Shown: positions 8,880 through 15,663 of the stretch, one piece after another | Position numbering within the stretch: the first letter of the stretch is position 1 | Layout of the letters: each line of letters begins with the position of its first letter | Assembly: GCA_019358935.1 (NCBI GenBank) | Contig: JAHHIK010000152.1 | Coordinates: 1 to 15,788, forward strand | DNA from: Tolypothrix carrinoi HA7290-LM1 | GTDB lineage: Bacteria; Cyanobacteriota; Cyanobacteriia; Cyanobacteriales; Nostocaceae | Length of the DNA stretch: 15,788 nt | Reading direction: 5' to 3' | The notes under the pieces: model-generated | Told to the model about the DNA's origin: nothing | What the model saw: the letters and a program-made list of their open reading frames with translations, nothing else | Databases searched by the model: none | Made by a program: the position numbers and the translations under genes

Positions 8880-8926
8880 ATAAACATATTGGGGGCGTTT
8901 GTCAAGCTTTTTCGTCTTCTTTGGGA

Positions 8927-8964
8927 GCGATCGCTTTGGGCGGGCGCTCTGCGCCCGGAGCGCA
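8927..8964. repeat. HIP1-adjacent GC-rich mini-hairpin (SDR-like)
   Basis: HIP1 at 8927-8934 followed by CGGGCGC-TCT-GCGCCCG (8941-8957), about 50-80 nt after the exporter stop. Confidence 0.5.
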
Positions 8965-9063
8965 TTTTTGACTCAGTATGACATGCTGTTTGCTACCAGT
9001 AGCAGTTAGGTAGGCTGCGAGCGAGCGATCGCGTAATATCATCACAGGCTTATTACACATATT

Positions 9064-9111
9064 GTAGAGACGTTCTGGACCCTACGTCTCTTGTGACGGT
9101 TGCGTGTAACG
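9064..9111 (+). repeat. GTAG-type REP-like hairpin with conserved 3' tail, copy 1
   Basis: GTAGAGACGT-N10-ACGTCTCT, then CGGTTGCGTGTAACG; homologous to the copy at 15419. Confidence 0.75.
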
Positions 9112-9672
9112 ATGGGCAACCACGCGCAAGTAAGTTTCATCAATAACTTATCTCTAGGGGTATTTACCGAAGGGAGGGGAAAAGGGGAAAGGAAAAAAGG
9201 GTTTTTAAGAGGGGGAAAGGGGAGGGGGGAAAGGGGAAATGTTGAAATATTTTAAAAACAATTTGATTGATTTAAAATAGCTCCACCCCTTTACCCTTTC
9301 CCCTTTAACCTTTACCCCTCCCCGCATCCCCTTTTCCCCAATATGGGTTATATGCCCCCTCGATAAGAGCGTGGTTTTATTTGGAGGTCGGTCACAATCC
9401 CCAAACATATTCTTTACCCTTTCCCCTTTACCCTTTCCCCTTTCCCCTTCTTTGTGAAGGTTTTTGATTTGCAACCGCATCATGGTAAACGCATTTGTGA
9501 ACTGATGCAAAAATATGCCGACTTGCCAATGAATCTTGCCGATGCATCACTAGTCGTTTTAGCAGAAAATTTAGGGCATGGAAGAATTTTATCGATAGAT
9601 TTTCGATATTTTAATACTTATCGCTGGAAAAATCACCATCCATTTGAAAATTTGATGGTGTGGGATAGTTAA
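9112..9672 (+). pseudogene. PIN-domain (VapC-like) toxin pseudogene, 5'-truncated and interrupted
   Basis: Frame-1 pieces MGNHAQVSFINNLSLGVFT (9112-9168) and VFDLQPHHGKRICELMQKYADLPMNLADASLVVLAENLGHGRILSIDFRYF (from 9460) join into the C-terminal part of a cyanobacterial PIN protein. The N-terminal xxDTG region is absent and the insert carries a TAA at 9253. MNLAD and RYF look like D-to-N and D-to-Y decay of MDLAD and RDF. Confidence 0.8.
9169..9459. mobile_element. 291-nt non-coding insertion with (AAAGGGG)n / (CCCCTTT)n inverted arms (MITE-like)
   Basis: Removal gives GTA TTT ACC GTT TTT GAT (VFTVFD). Purine arms at 9169-9238; pyrimidine arms at 9286-9339 and 9412-9450. GAAGG occurs at both junctions (9169, 9456). 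Confidence 0.7.
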
Positions 9673-9732
9673 GGGGTGGTGTGGAGGCGCATTTTTTTGT
9701 GCAAAACTCGACTTTACCCAATGCCCAATCTA

Positions 9733-10710
9733 TCAATTAATCAATACAAACTTCTGAATATGAGAATCTTGTTGATTGCTGCCGCGTGAGAAGACAGCAT
9801 TTAGTAAAAGCCGCCAAGCCACAGGAGAAAGTACAGATAAATCAAGAAGAAGCAAAACGCTGTTAATGTTTTTTTGCTTGAGTGCAACTATTGCCCAATG
9901 TAGCTTCAAATAATTTTTAATATCCGCAAGCGCAGGGATATTAGAGCGATGTTTTTCATTCACAAAGGCGTAAATTTTCTCTTTCATCAAAATATTTGTA
10001 TCGAGTCGCTTTTGCAGAGAAAACTTATGATTGTAAGCACCTGCCCAAATGGTACGATAAGCTAGGCACTGATTAAGGAAAATGGCATCACCAAACTGAG
10101 CAATGCGAATCCAAGAATCAATGTCATCGCAGTTAGCATCAAGTTTTGAGTCCCAAGCACCAACTTTCAGAAAAACGTCACGACGACAAGCTACTTGTAC
10201 GGGAGTGCCAAAGGGCAAAAGCTCTAAAAGCATACCGTAGTGAATATCAGCTTGGGGAATATAAAAAGCTAATCCAGGACCTAGATGGGGGGTGCGGCTG
10301 AGATGCTCCCCATTGTTATCGACTTGAGCAGCTATGCAAGAGCAGATGACAGCTTGAGAATTCTTTTCTGAGGATACATCATTTGAGGCTTCAGCGTGTT
10401 TGGCGATCGCTAAAGTCATTTCTGCCAAACAATTGGGTCCTAAGTAGTCGTCATCATCCAAAAATTTAACCCAGTCACCGCTAGCTTTGGCAACTCCCGT
10501 ATTTACCGATGCTGCATGACCTTTGTTAACTTCGTGACGATGATAAACAACTTGATTTCCCAAGCTTTTGACATAAGCTTCAGTGTCATCAGACGAACAA
10601 TCATCAACAACTACTACTTCACACTCTATCGTCTGATTAACAGCAGAATCTATCGCTCGTCGCAGCAAGTCTAAACGATTATAGGTAGTGATGACGACAC
10701 TAAATTTCAT
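9733..10710 (-). CDS. Glycosyltransferase family 2
   Basis: MKFSVVITTYNR, VVVDDCSSDDT, NKGHAASVNTG and KFLDDDD motifs. Start set at ATG 10710 because the longer ORF call overlaps rplS. Confidence 0.93.
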   Translation of the reverse strand: MKFSVVITTYNRLDLLRRAIDSAVNQTIECEVVVVDDCSSDDTEAYVKSLGNQVVYHRHEVNKGHAASVNTGVAKASGDWVKFLDDDDYLGPNCLAEMTLAIAKHAEASNDVSSEKNSQAVICSCIAAQVDNNGEHLSRTPHLGPGLAFYIPQADIHYGMLLELLPFGTPVQVACRRDVFLKVGAWDSKLDANCDDIDSWIRIAQFGDAIFLNQCLAYRTIWAGAYNHKFSLQKRLDTNILMKEKIYAFVNEKHRSNIPALADIKNYLKLHWAIVALKQKNINSVLLLLDLSVLSPVAWRLLLNAVFSRGSNQQDSHIQKFVLIN

Positions 10711-10855
10711 AAATCTCACACTTGTGGCATAGCCGTTTAAAATATACCTTCTGTTTCTGTGGTAGTTGTACCGGAAAAATCTTACTTCGGAAATAACTAG
10801 ACTCAAAAGGGGTTCTCGAATTATTATGGATGATTGTGAGTTTTTTAAATAGACT

Positions 10856-11218
10856 ATGAACGCGCAAGAAATAATCCGCTCGATTGAAGCGGAACAACTA
10901 AAATCTAATTTGCCCGACATTTACGTGGGCGACACAGTTAAAGTCGGTGTCAAAATCAAAGAAGGCGACAAATACCGCGTGCAACCATACGAAGGCGTAG
11001 TAATTGCCAGACGTAATGGCGGAATTAATGAAACCATTACAGTACGTCGAGTATTTCAAGGTGTTGGCGTTGAAAGAGTGTTTCTTTTGCATTCTCCCCG
11101 AATTGATAGCATCAAAGTTATCCGTCGTGGTAAGGTAAGACGTGCTAAACTGTATTATCTACGCGATCGCGTAGGTAAAGCTACCCGAATCAAACAACGG
11201 TTTGACCGTCCTTTGTAA
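10856..11218 (+). CDS. rplS: 50S ribosomal protein L19
   Basis: [33 protein letters not shown] and [12 protein letters not shown]. Confidence 0.99.
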   Translation: MNAQEIIRSIEAEQLKSNLPDIYVGDTVKVGVKIKEGDKYRVQPYEGVVIARRNGGINETITVRRVFQGVGVERVFLLHSPRIDSIKVIRRGKVRRAKLYYLRDRVGKATRIKQRFDRPL

Positions 11219-11372
11219 TTCGCACTTCGCTCTTATGGGAGAAATCTCCACTTTCAAGCGGCTCCTGCCGCTGATTTGTTCCATAAGCTCGCGCGCGAGA
11301 ATTGAAATAAAAGTCAAATTGCGTTAGACTAGATAAAGTTCAGCGCTTAGGACACAATTGTAGACAGCTTGT

Positions 11373-11445
11373 GCGCTCTTAGTTCAGTTGGTAGAACGCA
11401 GGTCTCCAAAACCTGATGTCGGGGGTTCAAGTCCTCCAGGGCGCG
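11373..11445 (+). tRNA. trnW: tRNA-Trp (CCA)
   Basis: Cloverleaf: acceptor GCGCTCT/AGGGCGC, D arm GTTC-AGTTGGTA-GAAC, anticodon arm CAGGT-CTCCAAA-ACCTG, T arm GGGGG-TTCAAGT-CCTCC. 3' CCA not encoded; canonical position before secE. Confidence 0.98.
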
Positions 11446-11619
11446 CTCTCCAAACAACACTCATTGCCCGAAACAAGTACACAACTGCTAATTGTTCAGC
11501 AAGTACGGAAAATTTCGGGTATAATTGTATTTGCAGCTTTTTGACTTTCACTCCCACAGAAAGTAATAGACAATAGCTGTGAATAAAAGCTCGTCAAAGA
11601 ATCGCGGAGAGAAACGACT

Positions 11620-11841
11620 GTGGCAAAGAAAAACGAAGCAGAAATGCCAGAAACCACTAATGGGTTGAGCATATCCAACTTCTATCAGGGACTTAGAGAA
11701 GAACTGGAGAAAGTGGTTTGGCCCAGTCGCCAGCAGTTGGTGAGCGAATCAGCAGCAGTGTTGCTGATGGTAACACTCTCCGCATCTTTGATATATTTAG
11801 TCGATGGATTGTTTACTTGGGCAGCAAAACAGGTGTTCTGA
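11620..11841 (+). CDS. secE: Preprotein translocase subunit SecE
   Basis: EELEKVVWPSRQQL motif followed by a single transmembrane helix; GTG start with GGAG upstream. Confidence 0.97.
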   Translation: MAKKNEAEMPETTNGLSISNFYQGLREELEKVVWPSRQQLVSESAAVLLMVTLSASLIYLVDGLFTWAAKQVF

Positions 11842-12467
11842 TGGTTGGTGCAACAGACGAACCACGCAACTTAGAAGAAGCAGAAACAGCGCTGGATGCT
11901 TTGCAAGAAGCACGCTGGTATGCAGTACAAGTAGCTAGTGGCTGTGAAAAGCGTGTAAAGACAAACTTAGAACAGCGCATTCAAACATTTGATGTAGCTG
12001 ATAAAATTGTCAAGGTGGAAATTCCCCACACGCCAGCGGTGAAAATCCGTAAAGATGGCAGTCGCCAAAATACAGAAGAAAAAGTGTTTCCTGGTTACGT
12101 GTTAGTCCGGATGGTTATGGACGATGACGTATGGCAGGTAGTGCGAAATACATCCCATGTAATAAACTTCGTGGGAGCCGAACAAAAACGCGGCACCGGC
12201 AAAGGTCGCGGTCACGTCAAACCAATGCCGCTGAGTGCCTCAGAAGTAGAACGGATCTTCAAACAAACCGCCGAACAAGAGGCAGTTGTCAAAATTGACA
12301 TGGCGACTGGTGATAAGATAATCGTGCGGGAAGGTCCATTTAAGGACTTTGAAGGCGAGGTGATTGAAGTCAGTCCAGAGCGGAGTAAGCTTAAAGCCTT
12401 GCTTTCGATTTTTGGACGAGATACACCAGTAGAATTGGAATTTAATCAGGTTGAGAAACAGAGCTAA
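11841..12467 (+). CDS. nusG: Transcription termination/antitermination factor NusG
   Basis: WYAVQVASGCEKRV, KVFPGYVLV, KOW GPFKDFEGEV and SIFGRDTPVELEF. Start placed at ATG 11841, overlapping the secE stop (TGATG). Confidence 0.97.
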   Translation: MVGATDEPRNLEEAETALDALQEARWYAVQVASGCEKRVKTNLEQRIQTFDVADKIVKVEIPHTPAVKIRKDGSRQNTEEKVFPGYVLVRMVMDDDVWQVVRNTSHVINFVGAEQKRGTGKGRGHVKPMPLSASEVERIFKQTAEQEAVVKIDMATGDKIIVREGPFKDFEGEVIEVSPERSKLKALLSIFGRDTPVELEFNQVEKQS

Positions 12468-12474
12468 ATAGAAA

Positions 12475-12900
12475 ATGGCGAAAAAAGTAGTAGCGATTAT
12501 TAAACTGGCTTTGAACGCTGGGAAAGCCAACCCAGCACCGCCAGTGGGACCGGCGCTAGGTCAACATGGTGTGAACATCATGATGTTCTGCAAAGAGTAC
12601 AACGCCAAAACAGCAGACCAAGCTGGGATGGTAATCCCGGTAGAAATTTCGGTTTTTGAAGACCGGAGTTTTACTTTTGTACTGAAAACGCCACCAGCAT
12701 CAGTGTTGATTCGCAAAGCAGCGAAAATTGAAAGAGGCTCAAACGAACCGAACAAAAAGAAAGTTGGCTCGATTACCAAAGCGCAATTGCAAGAAATAGC
12801 CCAAACCAAAATGCCCGACCTCAACGCCAATGACATTGAAGCGGCGATGAGGATTGTTGAAGGTACTGCGAAGAATATGGGCGTAGCGATCGCGGATTAG
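12475..12900 (+). CDS. rplK: 50S ribosomal protein L11
   Basis: [30 protein letters not shown] and KTPPAS. Confidence 0.99.
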   Translation: MAKKVVAIIKLALNAGKANPAPPVGPALGQHGVNIMMFCKEYNAKTADQAGMVIPVEISVFEDRSFTFVLKTPPASVLIRKAAKIERGSNEPNKKKVGSITKAQLQEIAQTKMPDLNANDIEAAMRIVEGTAKNMGVAIAD

Positions 12901-13165
12901 TTAGTGGATAGTGGATAGTGGATAGTGGATAGCGGATAGTGGATAGTTGAAAGTGGAGAGTGGTTAACTGTTAACTGTTGATTGTTGAGCGTCAACCATC
13001 AACGCTCCAACGCTCCAACCCTTCGGGTTCACCACTTGCTACAACGGGGGGAACCCCAACGCCAGATTGCTCAAGTCGGCAGAGCCGCCCACGCAACTGG
13101 CTCCGCAACGCAGTGGTTCACGCTCCAACGCTCCAACGCTCCAACCATCAACCATCAACGCTCCA
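12901..13165. repeat. Tandem repeats (GTGGATA)n, (GTTAACT)n, then (CAACCAT)/(CAACGCTC)n in the rplK-rplA spacer
   Basis: G-rich block about 12901-12991, then a C/A-rich block to about 13165, interrupted by the nested element. Confidence 0.9.
13020..13121 (+). mobile_element. Nested small dispersed repeat (SDR1-like): 46-nt inner copy (13058-13103) inside an outer sibling
   Basis: Removing 13058-13103 restores CGGGGG-GAA-CCCCCG. Removing 13020-13121 restores the CAAC-GCTC repeat unit. Inner and outer copies share a stem / bulge / TGC...hairpin...ACGCA / stem design. Confidence 0.75.
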
Positions 13166-13180
13166 AAACAAAATTTTATC

Positions 13181-13211
13181 GGGGGAGAGAACAAACCTCG
13201 CTAATTACCCC
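13181..13211 (+). promoter_or_regulatory. Putative L1-binding mRNA structure upstream of rplA
   Basis: GGGGGAGAG-AACAAAC-CTCGCTAATTACCCC: two stems around an asymmetric internal loop, ending directly at the AGGAG Shine-Dalgarno (13212-13216). Confidence 0.65.
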
Positions 13212-13225
13212 AGGAGTAAAGAAAA

Positions 13226-13942
13226 ATGACGAAAAAAGTATCACGCCGATTGCAGGCGCTGCTAGAAAAAGTAGAAGATACGGATTATGCACCGATTGAT
13301 GCTTTATCCTTGTTAAAAGAAACAGCAACAGCAAAGTTTGCGGAAGCAGCAGAAGCGCATATCCGGTTAGGAATTGACCCGAAGTATACAGACCAACAGT
13401 TGCGAACCACTGTAGCATTGCCCAAAGGCACAGGACAAATCGTCCGGGTGGCAGTAATTGCCAGAGGGGAAAAAGTAACCGAAGCAAGCAACGCCGGTGC
13501 TGATATCGTCGGTTCGGAAGAACTGATTGAACAGATTCAGAAAGGCATGATGGACTTTGATAAGTTGATTGCTACACCTGATGTTATGCCACAAGTAGCA
13601 AGGCTGGGTAAATTGCTAGGTCCGCGTGGTTTGATGCCATCACCCAAAGGGGGAACGGTGACATTTGATGTGGGAAGTGCGATCGCTGAATTCAAAGCTG
13701 GGAAATTAGAATTTAGAGCCGATCGTACTGGCATAGTCCATGTTATGTTTGGTAAGGCATCCTTCTCGCCCGAAGATTTGTTGGTAAACTTGAAGGCGTT
13801 GCAAGAGACGATTGACCGTAACCGTCCTTCAGGAGCCAAAGGTCGTTATTGGCGGACAATGTATGTGTCTGCCACTATGGGACCATCGATTAAAGTCGAT
13901 GTCAACGCCCTACGCGATTTGAAACTGACCGAAGCCGCATAA
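13226..13942 (+). CDS. rplA: 50S ribosomal protein L1
   Basis: [42 protein letters not shown] and TMGPS. Confidence 0.99.
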   Translation: MTKKVSRRLQALLEKVEDTDYAPIDALSLLKETATAKFAEAAEAHIRLGIDPKYTDQQLRTTVALPKGTGQIVRVAVIARGEKVTEASNAGADIVGSEELIEQIQKGMMDFDKLIATPDVMPQVARLGKLLGPRGLMPSPKGGTVTFDVGSAIAEFKAGKLEFRADRTGIVHVMFGKASFSPEDLLVNLKALQETIDRNRPSGAKGRYWRTMYVSATMGPSIKVDVNALRDLKLTEAA

Positions 13943-13943
13943 A

Positions 13944-14071
13944 AGAGTTAGGAGTTATGAGTTAAGAGTTAGGAGTTATCAGGAGCAAAGTTAGGAGTTA
14001 AGAGTTAAAAGTTAATTCATAACTGATAACTGATAACTCCTCACTCCTAACTCCTAACCCCTAACTCCCTA
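13944..14071. repeat. Inverted heptamer arrays (GAGTTAG/GAGTTAA)n ... (CTAACTC/ATAACTG)n in the rplA-rplJ spacer
   Basis: G-rich arm about 13944-14014 is complementary to the C-rich arm about 14018-14071. Confidence 0.9.
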
Positions 14072-14083
14072 ATTGAATAGGTA

Positions 14084-14228
14084 AAACCAAAGACAGCAGG
14101 TGTCAATAGCTTAATATCCTGCCGAGGTTTGCATTTTGATTGCTTGAAGTTGCACTGATAAAAAGTGTGATGACGACATGAGAAACATTGCAAAACCCCG
14201 GCTGATATAGCTGGGGTTTGTTGTTTTG
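14084..14228 (+). ncRNA. L10 ribosomal protein leader (cis-regulatory) with downstream terminator-like hairpin
   Basis: AAACC-AAAGAC-AGCAGG...TTAATAT-CCTGC-CGA-GGTTT core upstream of rplJ. Hairpin AAACCCCGGCT-GATAT-AGCTGGGGTTT (14193-14219) is followed by a T-rich tract. Confidence 0.8.
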
Positions 14229-14294
14229 GGTCGGTCAGAAAAAAAACGCTTTCTTTAGGGAAAGCCAAAAATTGTTTGAGGAGGTGAAACAAAG

Positions 14295-14843
14295 ATGGGA
14301 AGAACGGTAGAAGATAAAAAGGCGATCGTTGCCGACCTCAAAGAAACTTTGAGCGAGTCAAGTTTGGCACTGGTAATTGAATACCAGGGATTAACAGTTG
14401 CCGAAATCACTGACTTGCGGCGGCGGTTGCGTCCGACTGGCACTGTTTGCAAGGTAGCAAAGAATACTTTGATGGGGATCGCCATTGAAGGACAGGAAAA
14501 GTGGCAACCAATGTCCGAGTTGCTTAAAGGTTCCTCAGCCTTTTTGCTAGTTAAAGAAGATTTCTCTGGCGCAATTAAGGCTTACCAAGACTTCCAGAAA
14601 GCCAGCAAGAAGACAGAACTTCGCGGCGGCGTTATGGATGGTCGCTTGTTGAAAGAACCTGATGTCAAGGTACTCGGAGACTTGCCATCTAAGGAGCAAC
14701 TCATGGCGCAAATTGCCGGAGCTATCAACGCCTTGGCTACCAAGATTGCCGTGGGTATCAACGAAGTTCCTGGTTCCTTGGCGCGTGCTTTGCAAGCAAT
14801 TTCTGACAAAGATAAAGGCGACAACGCCGAAAGCGAATCTTAG
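14295..14843 (+). CDS. rplJ: 50S ribosomal protein L10
   Basis: EYQGLTVAEITDLRRRLR, VAKNTL and LPSKEQLMAQIAGAIN; GAGGAGG Shine-Dalgarno. Confidence 0.99.
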   Translation: MGRTVEDKKAIVADLKETLSESSLALVIEYQGLTVAEITDLRRRLRPTGTVCKVAKNTLMGIAIEGQEKWQPMSELLKGSSAFLLVKEDFSGAIKAYQDFQKASKKTELRGGVMDGRLLKEPDVKVLGDLPSKEQLMAQIAGAINALATKIAVGINEVPGSLARALQAISDKDKGDNAESES

Positions 14844-14873
14844 TAGAGACGCTCCGGTTCCTCGCGTCTGTAC
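14843..14873 (+). repeat. GTAG-type REP-like hairpin, copy 2
   Basis: GTAGAGACGC-N11-GCGTCTGTAC, overlapping the rplJ TAG stop. Confidence 0.75.
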
Positions 14874-14874
14874 A

Positions 14875-14969
14875 GGAGTTAGGAGTTAGTGGATAGTGGT
14901 TAATGGTTAGTTGTCAATAAATATCAACGCTCCAACGCTCCAACTAGCAACCAACAATCAACAATCAAC
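14875..14969. repeat. Mixed heptamer arrays, G-rich then C-rich, in the rplJ-rplL spacer
   Basis: GGAGTTA, GTGGATA and GGTTA units, then CAACGCTC and CAACAAT units. Confidence 0.8.
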
Positions 14970-14993
14970 AAATAAATTACAGGAGTTATATCA

Positions 14994-15383
14994 ATGTCTG
15001 CTGCAACCGATCAAGTTTTGGAACTATTGAAATCTATGACTTTGCTGGAAGCATCTCAATTAGTCAAGCAAATTGAAGAAGCTTTCGGCGTAAGTGCTGC
15101 TGCACCAGTTGGCGGCATGATGATGGCTGGTCCTGGTCCTGCTGCGCCTGCTGAAGAAGCTGTTGAGCAAACCGAGTTTGACGTAATTCTAGAATCAGTT
15201 CCAGCTGATAAGAAGATTGCCGTACTGAAGATTGTCCGGGAATTGACCGGTTTGGGTCTCAAAGAAGCCAAAGATTTGGTGGAAGCTGCACCCAAGTCTG
15301 TTAAAGAAGGTATTGCTAAGGATGCTGCTGAAGATGCCAAGAAGCGCATCGAAGAAGCTGGTGGTAAGGTGACTGTGAAGTAG
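14994..15383 (+). CDS. rplL: 50S ribosomal protein L7/L12
   Basis: [23 protein letters not shown], Ala/Pro hinge, EQTEFDVIL and [24 protein letters not shown]. Confidence 0.99.
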   Translation: MSAATDQVLELLKSMTLLEASQLVKQIEEAFGVSAAAPVGGMMMAGPGPAAPAEEAVEQTEFDVILESVPADKKIAVLKIVRELTGLGLKEAKDLVEAAPKSVKEGIAKDAAEDAKKRIEEAGGKVTVK

Positions 15384-15398
15384 TCAAAATTCCCTGAT

Positions 15399-15488
15399 AA
15401 CATAGGCGTGGAAAAAATGTAGAGACGTTCGGTGTGGAACGTCTCTAGCGGTTCTGCGTAACGCATAATTAATTTCCACACCTATGTT
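15399..15488. repeat. 90-nt MITE-like unit with 16-bp inverted ends enclosing GTAG-type REP-like hairpin copy 3; plausible 3' end structure of the rplL transcript
   Basis: AACATAGGCGTGGAAA (15399-15414) pairs with TTTCCACACCTATGTT (15473-15488) with one mismatch. Inner TAGAGACGTTC-GGTGTG-GAACGTCTCTA at 15420-15447. Confidence 0.7.
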
Positions 15489-15663
15489 TATTGCTAGTTA
15501 TCGCTTATCTTTGGTCAAAGAGGCGATCGCTTATCAGGGGTTGTGCAAAGCAGGAATTGGAATTCACGACTCTTGTTACAAAGAGCGATCGCACACAACG
15601 AATGAGAGGACGTTTCAAAGTTGCTCCCAACGCGATCGCCCAACAATACCAAGTTTGTATAGT

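Larger units (their letters stand above)
220..15639. repeat. HIP1 octamer GCGATCGC, dispersed
   Basis: Manually located at 220, 1016, 1179, 2312, 2346, 2900, 3274, 5404, 6190, 6589, 7591, 8927, 9025, 10403, 11163, 12886, 13679, 15523, 15585 and 15632. Confidence 0.95.

Noticed and set aside
9205..9510. 101-aa minus-strand ORF rich in G/E/R/K
   Set aside because: It is the translation of the heptamer arms (GERGKGKGERVK) and lies antisense to the vapC remnant.
10355..10410. Low-complexity stretch AEASNDVSSEKNS next to a HIP1 site in the glycosyltransferase as another micro-insertion
   Set aside because: HIP1 is intact and no hairpin is visible; it may just be a variable loop.
10770..10775. 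DIF1-like TCCGGT upstream of the glycosyltransferase (minus strand)
   Set aside because: One mismatch and no convincing downstream element at the expected spacing; too weak to call.
10711..10920. 70-aa N-terminal extension of the glycosyltransferase and ORF 10700-10897
   Set aside because: They overlap rplS and its promoter region; the GT2 fold starts at MKFSVVIT.
11388..11576. 62-aa ORF starting inside the tRNA
   Set aside because: It overlaps the tRNA-Trp gene.
11718..11840. N-terminal extension of NusG
   Set aside because: It overlaps secE in another frame; the coupled ATG at 11841 is more plausible.
12978..13299. ORFs 12978-13229 and 12982-13299
   Set aside because: They run through tandem repeats and the nested element; the second also overlaps rplA out of frame.
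12901..14071. Possible CRISPR array in the repeat-rich spacers
   Set aside because: Units are 7-8 nt tandem repeats without unique spacers, and there are no cas genes.
12240..15481. Multiple antisense ORFs over nusG, rplK, rplA, rplJ and rplL (likewise those over DUF3084, ntcA, fabI and the exporter)
   Set aside because: These are shadow frames of conserved genes with no independent motifs.
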